Positions 25,863-47,627 of a stretch of DNA of 64,000 nt are shown here, piece by piece. The stretch lies in NCBI GenBank assembly GCA_964016885.1, contig OZ024757.1, positions 39,618,001 to 39,682,000 of the forward strand, read 5' to 3'. Position 1 is the first letter of the stretch. The number at the start of each line of letters is the position of its first letter. The position numbers and the translations under genes were made by a program. The notes below the pieces were generated by a model, which was not told where the DNA came from, did no database searches, and worked only from the letters and a program-made list of their open reading frames with translations. The DNA is from Eledone cirrhosa (taxonomy: Eukaryota).

Positions 25863-26148
25863 ATATTTATTAAAATAACAGATTAAAGTTTAAGCATAGA
25901 ATCGCTGCTTTCACCTTTAACGGGATCTTCTGAAACTAACAAAGTCAATCTGTAAACGCAGAAGTAAATATTTCAAAAAACGTTGCAACCGGAGGAAGTA
26001 TAGTCTTCCTGTCTTCCTCCGGTTGCAACGTTTTTTGAAATATTCACTTCTGCGTTCACAGATTGACTTTGTTAGTTTCAGAAGATCCCGTTAAGGGTGA
26101 AAGCAGCGATTCTTTGCTTAAACTTTAATCTGTTATTTTAATAAATAT
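25863..26148. mobile_element. Fold-back palindrome, family D, with non-canonical hammerhead-like motif
   Basis: ~136 bp arms, spacer 25999-26012. Right arm: AGTTT CAGAAGA tCCC gttaa GGGt GAAA GCA..TGC TT AAACT (26074-26124). Confidence 0.8.
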
Positions 26149-26256
26149 ATATATGTATATGTATATATATGTATATATATGTATATATATGTATATATAT
26201 GTATATGTATGTATATGTATATATATGTATATGTATGTATATGTATATATATATAT

Positions 26257-26288
<32 letters not shown>

Positions 26289-26342
26289 GTATGTATATGT
26301 ATATATGTATGTATATATATATGTATGTATATGTATATATAT

Positions 26343-26398
<56 letters not shown>

Positions 26399-26401
26399 GT
26401 G

Positions 26402-26432
<31 letters not shown>

Positions 26433-26611
26433 GGATATGTATATATATATATATGGATATGTATATATATGTGTATATGTATATATATATATATATATAT
26501 GTGTATATATATATATATGTGTGTATATATATATATATGTATATGTATATATATGTATATATGTATATATATATGTATATATATTTATATATATATATGT
26601 ATATGTATATA

Positions 26612-26680
<69 letters not shown>

Positions 26681-26818
26681 ATATATATGTATATATATAT
26701 GTATATATATATGTATATATATATGTATATATATATATATACATATATATACATATATATATATACATATATATACATATATATATACATATATATATAT
26801 ATACATATATATATATAC

Positions 26819-26863
<45 letters not shown>

Positions 26864-26977
26864 CATATATATACATATATATATATACATATGTATATAC
26901 ATATATATATACATATATATACATATATATATATACATATGTATATACATATATATATACATATATATATAAACATA

Positions 26978-27015
<38 letters not shown>

Positions 27016-27036
27016 CGTATATATATATATATATAC

Positions 27037-27067
<31 letters not shown>

Positions 27068-27099
27068 CATATATATATGTATATATATATATACATATA

Positions 27100-27152
<53 letters not shown>

Positions 27153-27247
27153 GTGTGTATATATATGTATATATATATATATATGTGTGTATATATATGT
27201 ATATATATATATATGTGTGTATATATATGTATATATATATATATGTG

Positions 27248-27279
<32 letters not shown>

Positions 27280-27341
27280 TGTGTGTATATATATGTATAT
27301 ATATATATGTGTGTTTATATATGTATATATATATATATGTG

Positions 27342-27410
<69 letters not shown>

Positions 27411-27432
27411 ATATGTGTGTATATATATATAT
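26146..27432. repeat. (TA)n/(TATG) microsatellite with internal polarity switch
   Basis: G interruptions to ~26730, C interruptions ~26740-27095, then G again. Confidence 0.9.
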
Positions 27433-27516
27433 AAGTTGGCACCCTTAACTCACAGTTGGGTGCGGATGCATTCATGTATATATGTGTGTGTCCGCGTGTA
27501 TCTGTGTGGTTTCTAA

Positions 27517-31860
<4,344 letters not shown>

Positions 31861-32569
31861 TGCATACAGAAATAGAATTACTGTTGGTATACATTTAATA
31901 TATATATATATATAATATACATATAGTGTGTGTGTGTGTAAAGTACAACGTTTGAAAGGTATTATAAAAGAAATCATATTGCAAAGATTATATTTCCTTC
32001 TTCCACGTGTAACAGAATATCATTGAAATTCAACAGTTTCAATAATAATCTCATATAGACTTCCAACTACAAATAGACAAAGAGATAAATAGACAGATAG
32101 ATAGAGAAATAGATAGACAGAAAGACAGAAATATAGATCTATAGATTTCATAACTAGATAGAAAAGGGGGGGGGGGAATAACAGATAGTGTTATTAATCT
32201 ATGTATTTTAAATGAATATTAAAGCCCACTTTTTCCTTTTACCCAATGAAATTCTCCCCATAAATACGTTTTATATTAAGCCTAATGGAAACATAAAAAT
32301 AAAGGATTTCGTGGCAAATTTGTGCATCTATTTTGAATAACAGTTAATAGTCTAGTTTCATGACGTTATTTTATATCTCTTTTTATCCTGCGTATAGCTT
32401 AATGTCAAATTAATGTCGTTCGCTCAATATAGATTCTCTATATTCTATGTAATTTTCTGTGATGCCTCTATGCAGTATTTTTTCTTTACTTTCTCTTACT
32501 ACTGGAGATTAATTGGGATTTGAATAAATATCCATATTTACATATACATATGTACGTAAATACGTTAAT

Positions 32570-32933
32570 ATGTATATGAAGTATATATATATATATATAT
32601 ATAAGGATGGATGTATATATATATATATGTATATATATGTATATATGTGTATATGTATATATGTATATATATTTATATATATGTATATTTATATATATAT
32701 ATAGGAGTATATATATATACACCCATATATATATATATATACACACACATATATAAATATATAAATATGTGTAGTATATATATATATATTTATTTAGACA
32801 TATATATGTATATATACATATTAATATTTATAGTATATATGTACATACACACACATATATATGTAGTTTATCCATATGCATAGACACACGCACACACACA
32901 CACATATATATATTATGTATATATTAATGTGAA

Positions 32934-32978
<45 letters not shown>

Positions 32979-33433
32979 TATGCATGTATGTATATATATA
33001 TATATATATATGTGAAGTATATATATATATACACACACATATGCATGTATATATATATATAAATGTGAAGTATATATATACACACACATATGCATGTATA
33101 TATATATATATAATTGTGAAGTATATATATACACACACATATGCATGTATATATATATATTTATTTATAAAAATGTATTATATATAAATAATTATATATA
33201 TATATGTAAATATGCAAATAATTGTGTACTCTTTCATGTATATATTCTAATATATAGTCTGCTGATACAGCATTACAGGTCCATATGTGATCGTAAATTT
33301 CAGCTAATGATCAATGATCATTGGATATATTTTCTTTCTAAAAGATATCACAAATTCCGATAGTGAGAGGAAATTTCAGAGATGAGAGACCGTAGAAAGG
33401 GTAAATAAAACAAAGAAATATATGTTGAATGTA

Positions 33434-33485
<52 letters not shown>

Positions 33486-33592
33486 CATGTATATGCATTA
33501 TATGTATGTATTTATATATTTATGCATGTATATATATATGCATATGTATGTATTTATATATGTATGCATGTATATGTATATATATATATGTG

Positions 33593-33676
<84 letters not shown>

Positions 33677-33854
33677 GTGTGTATACATATACATGTATAT
33701 ATATATATATGCATGTATATGTGTATTCATATATGCATGTATACGTGTATACATATATGCGTATATATATATATGCATGTATATCTGTATACATATATGC
33801 ATGTATACGTGTATACATATATGCATATATATATATGCATGTATATGTGTATGC

Positions 33855-33892
<38 letters not shown>

Positions 33893-34054
33893 TTGTATAT
33901 GTATGTGTGCATACATAGATGCAGATACATATATCTATATATGTCTGTGTATGTGTGTATATATATATGTATTCATATGTATGTATGTGTATATATATAT
34001 ATATATATATATAGATATATAATGTGTGTGTGTGTAGATTTAATTATATGTAGG

Positions 34055-34100
<46 letters not shown>

Positions 34101-34215
34101 TTCCTATATATACATACCGACATATATATTTACATGCCAGAATATTTATACATCTTTACATATCTACTCACAATATTTATACATCTATACAGATGTGTGT
34201 ATATATATGTATGTA
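32570..34215. repeat. Compound TA/TG/CA low-complexity region
   Basis: Direct inspection; includes a repeated gtgaagtatata..cacacatatgcatg unit. Confidence 0.85.
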
Positions 34216-34444
34216 TTGATAGAGGAAACACTATATTGATATATTCCTAGTTAGATAAGTATATGCGTATGTTACTTAACACCAGCAACGTTTTCATGTT
34301 TATACATTTAAATAACACATATTATTAACCTATTCTATATTCATGAAAATATTATAGGAACTATTGTAATTTCCAGTGCGGTTTTATTACTTAATCACTA
34401 GGCACATCATCGTCATCATCATGAACATTATAATTATGCTCCTT

Positions 34445-34484
<40 letters not shown>

Positions 34485-34786
34485 CTATTACCGTCATCTT
34501 ATTCATCATTATCATCAACGTTATTCTTTATAATGTGTATCAAATAAACTTCAGCATTATTGTAATTTCCAATGGTGTGTCCCCATACTTCGTCTCATTA
34601 TCATCATCTTAATCATCATATGCTGAAGTATCACCTTAAATATATTAATTCTTATTTCATGGTTCTAATAAATATATATATATATTATGATGGGCATGTA
34701 CTTTATTTTACGCGGTCGATAAAATAAAGTACCAGTAATGCACTGGGATAATTGTTGGCCTTGTGCCAAAAGTAGAAACAATTATT

Positions 34787-35018
34787 ATGGGCATGTGGTT
34801 AGGAAATGTCGCAGGAAAAATATCCTTGGACACATTTCACCAGCAAAACCAACCGGCAGAAGGCCCAGGACTAGACTCCGAGCAAGATGCAAGGTTCTTG
34901 GATAATATCTATCAACTCGGCTGGTCCCGATTTGAGGATCCAGCAACCGGATTAGTTGGAGGCTGGATTGCCTCTTTGCTTCTGACATGACCTCCGCTGG
35001 AGGAAGTGTTTTGAGGAC
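34787..35018 (+). mobile_element. RTE-clade LINE 3' fragment (second RTE family)
   Basis: Encodes remnants GHVVR...AKPTGRRPR.R.RAR; homologous to 35590-35806 and 61052-61290. Confidence 0.65.
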
Positions 35019-35429
35019 ATACATACATATTCATATGTAGGAAATAAAAATTAATACCATGAGATATACTCACAAGAATACATTGAAAACGTAACAAAGA
35101 ATAAATTAACAGCAACGCCAGACTTAGAAAAATAATTGTATTCTCTGGCTTCAATAATTTTGGTTAAATTGTTACATTTTCGTTTGACTGCATATCTTAG
35201 TCAGTCTTATGTCGCTTAGAATTCTATCAGTAACGAAAATCGACAAATCTTTGTGTCAGTATATTCTGTCCAACTGATCTAATGCTAAAGTATCCATTTG
35301 CTTTCTTTCACAACATTTGATATCTCTATTTATTGATTTTTATTTATTATTGTTTAGTATATTAGATATATATTGCTGAAGGCGGCCAATTGGTAGAATG
35401 TTGTTGGAACGTTGTATTGAATACGATAT

Positions 35430-35806
35430 TTCTTATTCTTCTTCTTCGTCTTCTTTTTCTTCTTTTTCTTTTTTTTTCTTCTTTTTCTTTTCTTTCGTCT
35501 CTTTCGTCTTCTTCTTCGTCGTAGTCGTCGTGTTTTCTTCTTCTTCGTTGTCGTCTTCTTTTATTATTATTCTTCATCTTCGCCCCCTTCTTCCTGTGCG
35601 GGTCGTGGGGGCAGAGTCCGCAAACCCTCCTTCCAATAGATCCTGTCAAAAGCAACTGTCTCCAACTAATCCAGCTGGATCCCCAAGCAAGACCAGACCA
35701 GCCAAGCTCATGGATGTTATCCAACCATCTTGCTCCGGGTCTACCCTTGGGTCTCCTACCAGTTGGTTTTGCCCGTAAAATCTATCCAGTGATTCTTTCT
35801 TGAGAC
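35430..35806 (-). mobile_element. RTE-clade LINE 3' end with (GAA)-rich tail
   Basis: Minus strand GRRPKGRPGARWMDNIHELGWS...DR; followed by purine-rich simple repeat. Confidence 0.7.
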
Positions 35807-36397
35807 TCAATAATAAGTGGAGGATGAAGAGAAGTAGGGGAATGAGAAGGGGAGGGGAGAGAAGAAGAAAATCATATCCGAGTTCCACTTTCGTTCACGA
35901 CACCATTATAACACACTTCGTTTTTACTCACACCTCATTTTAAAACAATTTCGTTTTATGACATTATTGTATTTTCAATTCATGCAATCACTTCAAATTG
36001 TATTCTTTTTACCATTGTTTCACTATATAGACATAGATTGGAGCCCATTAGCATTTATTATTAATATATTAATGGGATTCTCAATATTAGCCCATAGATC
36101 ATTGTAAACTGTTTTCTACGCCCATCTCATTTTATTTTATAATGTTATATTCATAGCCATTTAATATTGATGTAATTCGTTAAATTAATCTAATAAATAA
36201 TCTACTTGTTTCACAGAAACGAATGTTTTGCAGGAAAATATTTCCCAGAAATCTGCTCAGAGCTCTGAGCTCACACTAATTGTTAAATATCAACATCGTT
36301 AAACATCTGTCTAATTTAAACTCCCTTGTCCATCAGAAGGATTTCCACATTTTACGTAATATTATTGTTGATGATGATGATGATGATGATGGTAGTG

Positions 36398-36525
36398 AGG
36401 TTAGCTTTGCCTTTCGTCCTTACCAGCTACATAAAATAAAGTACCAGTAATACACTGGGGTCGATTTAATTGACTTTCTCCTCCCTAAAATTGTTGCCCT
36501 TGTGCCTAAATCAGAAACCATTATT
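36398..36525 (+). mobile_element. SINE family 1, 5'-truncated
   Basis: aggttagctttgcctttc...aaaataaagtaccagtaatacactggggtcgatttaattgac. Confidence 0.8.
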
Positions 36526-37589
36526 TTTTCTTCGCAACATATTGGGCATGCATGATTGAGGGCGCTGTAGGGGTGCCGTATTGACATACGGCCTTTCTTG
36601 GGCATCTTAAAACCTGGCAGACCCCCCCCCCCTCTTCAGGCCTGAATACAGCAAATTATTCCAGAGACGGGGAGAGTGAGTGAAAGGAAGTGAAAATAAA
36701 GATATTTAGGAGCAATCGACCCCAGTACTAGACTGGTACTTTTTTATCGCCCTCGAAAGAATAATAAGAGGAAAAAGTGACCTCGGCGGGATTTGAACTC
36801 AGATAGTAGAAAGCCGAAAATGTAATTTAATCCTGATATTGTAAAACTACTGTGGTTGAAAATTTATTGATTTGGTTAAACACTGAACTGTCATTTACCT
36901 ATCTTGCTTTGAACCCTAAAATCACATTTGAGGTGTAAATTATTTTTTAACTTATATGTTTGTGTTATCAACTTGTCTAAACTATATATATATATATATA
37001 TACATACATACATACATACATACATACATACATACATACATACATACATACATACATACATACATACATACACCAGCTTGAGTCGGGTCTATAGCTTTTA
37101 CATAGATCTAGAACCAGCCCCGTATGTGAAACGGTCGCAACTGTGTATAATCAATAAAGACCTTAATGTGAATCCTCGCTATCTTTTTAATATATACACT
37201 CTGCTTTAGTATATAGAATGCTGATTTTAGTACCTTCCTCAGTAAACCAAGATTTGATAGAACCACTTATAATGTATATTCGTCATTGCACAACTGTGCA
37301 GGTGTTTAACATTTTCCTCTGAATTTAGATTAATAGCAGAATTTAACTTGCTTCCCTAACTACACGTCGTAGTATACAAGAATATCACGTTGCTTTGTAA
37401 TTAATTATTTTTAAATTTACAAAAACAAGCAGGGAAACAAACAGACTTATAATTATCAGATATAAAAAAAGATCAGAGTTACTGATCAGAGTTACAGTAG
37501 AGATATTTGTTAGGAATAAAATACAAGAAAAACAAACATATTTTACTGTAGGTTTTGGTGAAAATAACGACTACAATTGCTCAAGCATT

Positions 37590-37820
37590 GTTACAATTTG
37601 AAGGATATTGCCGGAAAAGTAAGTAGGTAGTTATAGACAAGCTACTATTGTGGGAAACACAGGGAAGGCGCAGTAGAGGAAAACCTGCTCAAACCTTCAT
37701 CAATCAACTCTCAGATGCGATACAAACCTCAGAGCAGTTGTGAGAGCAGTAGAAAATCATGAATTGTGGAGAGATTTGTTAATAATGCTGGTCTGTGGTC
37801 GTAATTATGATGATGATGCT
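37590..37820 (+). mobile_element. Old RTE-like LINE 3' end
   Basis: LLLWETQGRRSRGKPAQTFINQL remnant, (TGA)n tail. Confidence 0.55.
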
Positions 37821-38382
37821 TTTAACAGCTTTCACTCAATCCAGACATAGTGATGACTTACTCCACTGTGTTCTATACTTACCACCGTGCCCTCACACTG
37901 GAAATATTCGTAAAAGCAGTAGGGCTGCATTCTGAGATACCAAGGCAGCTTTCCTATAGTCGACAACCCTCTCTTGACTTTTAGATCGGCAGCTTCCTTG
38001 CAGATTACACTATCGAAGCCTCTACTAAGACATCACTACCTGAATACTAGTTACTTAGCTCTGACGAACCCCACAGTTGAAGGATTTGCCACATAAACTT
38101 CTTCTGTTAATCACCGCGACCTATATACCTTCACTTCCAATGTACTTATAAATGATGTCTTGTGTATAAAAATATAAGTTATTAAATACAATGATTCCAT
38201 AAATATTTATGAAGATGTTAACCTCTTCTTTGGAGATTTCCTGAAGTAGGTTTTGAAACAAATTCAAAGGTTATATATATATATATATATAGACTAGATC
38301 TACCAACTCATAATATTATAATATTATAAAATTAAATCAAATTATTTAGAACTACAAGTGAAATCATTATTTTCCTTTTTTT

Positions 38383-38425
<43 letters not shown>

Positions 38426-40531
38426 CTCAATCTATTGCAAGATATCTTATTTAGTATATTTAGAATGTTATACACTTAACATGTATGTATAATCTTAGAT
38501 TTCGGAGTCCAGTTATGACCACTACAAACGGCTCTTCCACTATATGAAATCAGCACTGGTAGTGGAAGACTGAAATAAGGAAAAATATTCAAATCCTCAG
38601 CATATACATTTGAACAGAATTTAATCTGCGTAGAGAAGGATTAGCTATTTTGTTTTAGAATTGTCATAAATATTGTTTGAAAATGAAAGGATTATGGTTG
38701 TTACGAGTGTTTTCACTGAAATATTTAAAATGGAGGAATTAAACTAATAATTAACAAAGGACCAAATATTTAAAAACCTGTTTAAATGGAAACTTGATTT
38801 TCTCTAATAGTTAAAACTGCTAAATTAAAATTAGTGAGAAAGGAAGAAGTTTAATAAAATTATCCATAGATTGCTATTTAAAATTAATGTTTACGTTAAA
38901 CAGGAAAATCGAAAGCTACGTGTTATTGGTTGTTTCCGAAAAATAATAGAATATACATATTCTTTGTTTAGTTTCAAGAAGATATATCTTTGCTTGAGGC
39001 GGTTGAATTTAAACAAAAATAGTTTACCAAAAATTCGTGGTTTATTCCAATTAATATTTGAAATAAAAACTAAAACCTAAATTTTAGTGTAAACATATAC
39101 ATTATATCTTTACGTAGTATTCTATAATAAACAAATTAATATGGCAAAAAAAGACAGATATTCGATAATTTTATGTGTTAAAATAATTGGCTAATATTTA
39201 TTATATTGGTGACGAATTGGAAGTGTTATTAAAATGTTGTATAGAATGTTTTACGTTATTTATTCCAGTTCTCTGCTCGTTGAGTTCAAATTTCTCCAAG
39301 TAAAACTTTGCCTTTTATCATTCCGAGGTTAAGAAAATAGATACAACTTCAGTCTGGGAGGTCAATTGTTTGTCTAAATCTCTTGAACAGAGAGCGTACA
39401 GAGTAGGAATGAATGCCACAAAATATTCTATCTGATGTTCTAATGACTCAAACAAATTCCTCGTATTTCATCATTCAGAGGTTAATGAAATAAGTGAAAT
39501 TTCAGTCCTGGGGTGGGATCGTTTGTTTGTTTATATCTTTTTAAAAACAGAGAGTAGAGAGTTGGAGAGAGTACTGAAATATTCTATCCGCTGTCCTAAC
39601 GACTCTCCTACATCCTCGCCTGTCATAAAACAGTCAAAAAGTATTCACAAATGATTTCACTACATATTTGTTACTTAAGAAGAAAACAAAATGCAAGGTT
39701 AATCAGTACGAAATTGTTCTTATATAAAGAAACCTAGTAAATAACACCATTAGTTAATAAAATCACTAATGTTTGATAACAAATAAGAAAATATTAGTGT
39801 TGTAAGAATAAATGTGCATATAAATAGGAAGAAAATAGCAGCAGTATGAAATTACAGTATAAGGAAAAGCTGTTATTCAACAGAGAGATTGACGAGATAA
39901 GAACCTAACTAAGCAAAGCTTCACGGATAAAATAGACTTATTAAAGGTGTGTTAGCATGTGTATTTCTGTAATTTTCTTTACAATAAAATAGAAAGTTAT
40001 TTAAGCATGTGGATAAGAATATGACAAAGATGGCAGAATAATTTAATAGAACTTGGTGGTATGCATGAGAATTTGTAAAGGGTGTTATCAGATGAGAATA
40101 AATAAAAGAAAAATAAAGTTGAGTGTATATGCAGGAATGAAAAAGAAAACAAAAACAAAAACAAAACACGTGCTTATATATTTATAAAAGAGAATATACA
40201 ATGTTAGGCAAATTATGTAGCTCACCGTATTGCAAAATAACCACTGGAGATATGCATGCTAAAAATGGGAATATAGATAGAAGGGTCAAAAGAAAATATA
40301 GAAACATAGAAATTTGATGTAAATTATAGATAGGTAAAGCGGTGCAAATCACAAAAAAGAGTACTAATGAGATTGTAGGGAAGGATAAACAGATTTAAAG
40401 AAATATTTTTTTTTAGTGAAGTCATAAATACTCTTATATTGAAGGGAATAAGTTGGCATTAAATAGAAAGAAAGAGAATACATAATAAAGTTGAGGTGAA
40501 TAAATGATGGTAGGAAATGATGAAAAAATGA

Positions 40532-43030
<2,499 letters not shown>

Positions 43031-44379
43031 TTATTTATTGATTTATTTATTTGTTAGTCACTGTGGTGTTGTATGTTTTAGAGTTGGATATATCTGGCAT
43101 AGAAGGAATTGTTAAAAACAGAGCTAGAGGAATAGTTTAGGTAATGAATTAATCTTTTGTACTACTGTGAAACTCAAATTCTTCTTTTTTCCTGACATAA
43201 GATTAAACGTAAATTTCTCTAAAAAGAATAAATTCGCATACATTCCATTTGAAAATCCAATAGAATCGTGGACATTTCGATCACACTTTCTAATATATAG
43301 CTTCTTTTCACGAAAGGATATGTGGTTGTTTTGTAGTCGATTGAAGGTTTGCATCTGGTCTTATTGGATTGAATAAAGCTCTGGATGCCATTGTAATTCA
43401 GCTGCATACATATTAAATGCTATATATGTAAAGCTTTTTACATCAAAGGACCCAGAAACATTATCGTCGAAACCGACGAAAACCCAACCCAACTTAATTT
43501 AATTTTCGTTTTTCATAATAAGAAAACCATTGTATGTACGATAGATGGTTGAATGTACACCATGTTTGTAATATCTAGGTGGGTTTTTTTTAATAGAATA
43601 TGGATAGATGTAAGACTTTGTTAAAATCATGGATTACGACATTTGATAATCAGAAAATGGAAAGGAGAAAAATATGGTAATATATAGGTTTAAACTCTAA
43701 CATATGAACCCTAATCTCTCAGCTCAGGTAACGTTGTTTTCTACTTTCAGTGTGTTTTATGATATCCATTTGCAGAAATTTAAACTGTCCAGAATATATG
43801 TTTATTGATGCATATTTTCTCATTCCATGCAATGTATAATTCGAATATATTATATATATATATATATTTCTAGAGATTGTAAAAGGATATTGGAATTTGT
43901 TTTTGTTTTTTTTTTGTTTTTTTTTCTGTTCTATTCTAACAGTTCCTGGATATAAACACTCTCCTAATGCTGGTTTCGACAACTGAATATCTCCCTTAAT
44001 TTCATATCACATTGCATATCATTGATCCAATTTGAATTTTTTATTGCGATACTATTGCTTTTATCGAATATATTATTGCATTTATCGAATCTGAATCTCA
44101 AATCATATATGAAAATTACTCATGAATTTTTGATATTCTATAATTGAGTGTTAAATTCTATATGGATACATTAATATAACACTGACAAAAAAAGCATCGG
44201 GAAATATTTAGTTAATGTATGGCAGTTATCTTCTACATCTCTTTACTAATGTAGCTACAATGACACCATATACTTTATTCTATGAAAATAAAACAATAAA
44301 CAGATTTATCTCTTATAGATATCAAGTGAATTCAAAACATTGTTGAAGCATTGGGAGAAATGTTGTTTTTTTTTTATTT

Positions 44380-44725
44380 ATTTCTCTCCAGCCATTTGCA
44401 TTCGGAGATGAAATACCACTCTTCTGGTAACTGGAGGTGGGATTTCATCTCAGAGCAGACAGAGATGAGAGTGACCCTGCAAACCAGCCCGTCCATTCTA
44501 CTCTCTTTTACAAAAGTACCATCAATTCACTGTCCAAAGAACAGAACGTTTCATTTATTTCTCTCCAGCCCTTTGCATTCTGTGTTTAAATTCCGCTCCT
44601 CGGGTCACAGAGGGTAGGATTTCATGTTAGAGTTGACAGAGATTCCCGTAACCCTGCAAAACAGCCCATCCATCTTACGCACTTTAAAAAATACGATCAA
44701 TTCACTGTCCACAGAACAGAACGTT
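44380..44725. repeat. Tandem duplication, two diverged ~175 bp units
   Basis: tttctctccagcc.tttgcattc...accctgcaaa...atcaattcactgtcca.agaacagaacgtt occurs twice. Confidence 0.8.
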
Positions 44726-46821
44726 GTCTATCAATCCCGAAAGGATGAAAGGACTCGGTGAGATTTGAACTCAGAGAGACGGAACTCATACTACAAATTA
44801 TTAAATCCTACACTCTAACAATTCTTCCATTTCACCATCCAACTTAATCATTGAATGAATGGGCAAATCTGCTCTGAAACTTTAACACAGATATCCTCTT
44901 CATTACTTTACATCTCCGCCTTACATTTAATCAGCTATCAAAGAATTAGAAAAAAGAACGCTTAATTATTTTCTGTTTAATTTATTCAAGTGGTGACTTG
45001 ATTTTGCTGGTTCTTATGTTCTCTAAAGGGTGGTGGGGCGTAGAAAAAGTGATGAGAATGGTATTTTAAAATTCATTTTCCTTGACGCTGAAAGCAATGT
45101 TCTACTATTTAGGGTAATAGGATGGTGTTGGAAAAATCAAGTAATTAAAATTTTCAAAGCAAGTTAGCATTTGAGTTTGTCTTACAAAGCTGAGAGGCAA
45201 ATGTAAAATAAAAAAAAAATAGAATATAAAATAAAATAAACATTGAAAAAAAATGTAAAAACAAATCAACAAAAACAAAAAACAAACGTCTTAAAAAATA
45301 ATAATGAAACAAAAAATAAAATCTATAAAATATTTTTTTGTAATGAGGAAATAAATGATTGATATGATTGATACATATTCGTAAATATATTTAAAATATG
45401 ATATAAGAGAGATAATACAGGAATAATAAATATATAATTACGTGTAGCAGAAGAAAAAAATGAAATTTCATTTTAAATAGTTTTTCAATATAAATAATTC
45501 ATATAACAATTATTTTTCATCTTGTCACGAGTAAGATGTAATTAAGAGATGTTCTTTTTTATCAATATATTTTGGTCTTTTGTTTTTAATGTGTTTAATA
45601 TTCTTTCAATTTTGGTGATATTTTTCTAATGAATTTGATAGTGCGTTGAAAAAGTCAGAACAACAATCATCAGACGAAATAACCAAAATGAAAAAAAGAA
45701 TAGGGGGGAAAATAACAGAAAACGAAAAAATTGAAATGTTTTAATAGAATTTTTTTTTTTTTTTTTGCTTTTATATTTATTACATTTATTTGAATCATTA
45801 TCATAAATTTACAATGCAGTGGTGTTGCAGAATTTGTCAAAGGCCAGATAGAATGCAGATTATGATATTAGAATTTAGATTTGAGTTCAAATTCTCAAAA
45901 TTCATCCCTCTGGTTCAATTACATAATATTCTCGGATCATAATCCTTACATCGAAAATCAATGTTGTGGTTTTAATATCAATTCAGGGAATTTTCCCTAA
46001 AAAGTAGGCCATTGTCCAAAATGTTGGTACTATCTTGGTACGAAAGAGTCGACAGGTCTCTGCATTCTGAGGTCAAATCCTACCAAGATCTTCTTTGCCT
46101 TCCTTCATTTCTGGGTCAATAAATACAGTGTCAGTCTTTAATCCTTCCTGATTCGATAAAATAACATAAAGTCCTGTACAGGATCTGATACAACCAACAT
46201 CAACACATCCGGAAGTATGCTTATATTAGAAACACATAATATTTCCTTACACAAGATTTTGATTTACAGAATTCGTAGAAAGCTAGGGTCAGTGTTAGAG
46301 TTAAGGTCTTCAGATTAGGCTCTTTACAAATACCGCTAGGGTCAACTAAGCCTTACAGCCGTCTGGGTTCGATTAAATAATATACCAACCATACACTGGG
46401 TTTTCACGTACTAAATATTGCGCCTACCCTAAATTTCTTGGCCTTGTTCCTAAATTAGAAACTAACATTATTTCATTACTATCTCAATATCTTTATACAT
46501 ATTCCTTTTTATCAAAACCTAGGCCTTTTCATGACTTTCAGTGAAATAGTTTAGTTGTAAATCATTTAAAGTAGACCTATCAATTTTACGAAATGTAGGT
46601 ATTATTAGGGAGACCAAGAACATGTGATATTTAGACTGGTAACAGTAAATATTTTCCTTGTTTATATTACATTGATCAGTGCAAAGTTTTTTAGGGGTTA
46701 TTGTAGTGTTCGTATTATAAAGAAAAACAATTGCTGGAAATGATTCGCGGTAAGGGATTCATTTTTCTACATTCAACTAAGAAATATGAAATCTTCAGGC
46801 CAAAATATATACCTGCATCAG

Positions 46822-46907
<86 letters not shown>

Positions 46908-47069
46908 GGGATTTGCTTCGAAATCACGTATCAGAGGAACTTGCGAATCCAGAGTCATGATCGATCCACAAACAGATCGCACCTCGAGCTGTTCGCTGGA
47001 GAAACAATTGTAATACGTAATAAATTGTTCCGATGCATCACTGATTCTTCGTTTTCCATAATATTATAA

Positions 47070-47111
<42 letters not shown>

Positions 47112-47315
47112 ATACTTGGGGAGGGTCATATTTGCGTAATATTGCCAGAATTAATAACAGAACACACTCACTGTTTGGTTGGTTTTCGCTTCTCGCTGTC
47201 TTTTATATCTGCGATCTAACTTACTCGGTCCTCAATGTTGCCATTGACTGACCGACGGTCAAAAATAATACAGATACAATATAGACGCAAACACATATAT
47301 ATAGTTTACATAATT

Positions 47316-47357
47316 TACATAAATCTTTCGTTGCACATCTGCAACATCGTCAGTGGT
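47316..47357 (-). ncRNA. Minimal hammerhead motif in Penelope pseudo-LTR
   Basis: Minus: CTGACGA t GTTGCA gatg TGCAAC GAAA gatttatg. Confidence 0.65.
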
Positions 47358-47627
47358 GTTATATTTTTTTCCTCCTGTTGTGTTGTATGTCTACGCCATT
47401 TTTAATTCAGTCTGTCTATATATTTATTTATTTATTTGCTTGTTTGTTTATTTTATTTTGTCTTCTTTGCGCATGCGTTTGCGTGTGTGTATAGTGTTAT
47501 GTGTGCTGTGTGACTAGTGTGTATAGTGTTGTGTCTGTTGGGTGACTAGTGTGTGTTTATGTGCTTGTTGTTATTGTGCTTGTGTATGTATTTATTTATC
47601 TTATTTTATTTTATTTTATTTACTTAT

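Noticed and set aside
35362-35778. K/R/E-rich and F/S-rich ORFs
   Set aside because: Simple-repeat tail of an RTE fragment.
43080-44150. Complex sequence with several short ORFs
   Set aside because: No recognisable motifs, frequent stops, no consistent frame.
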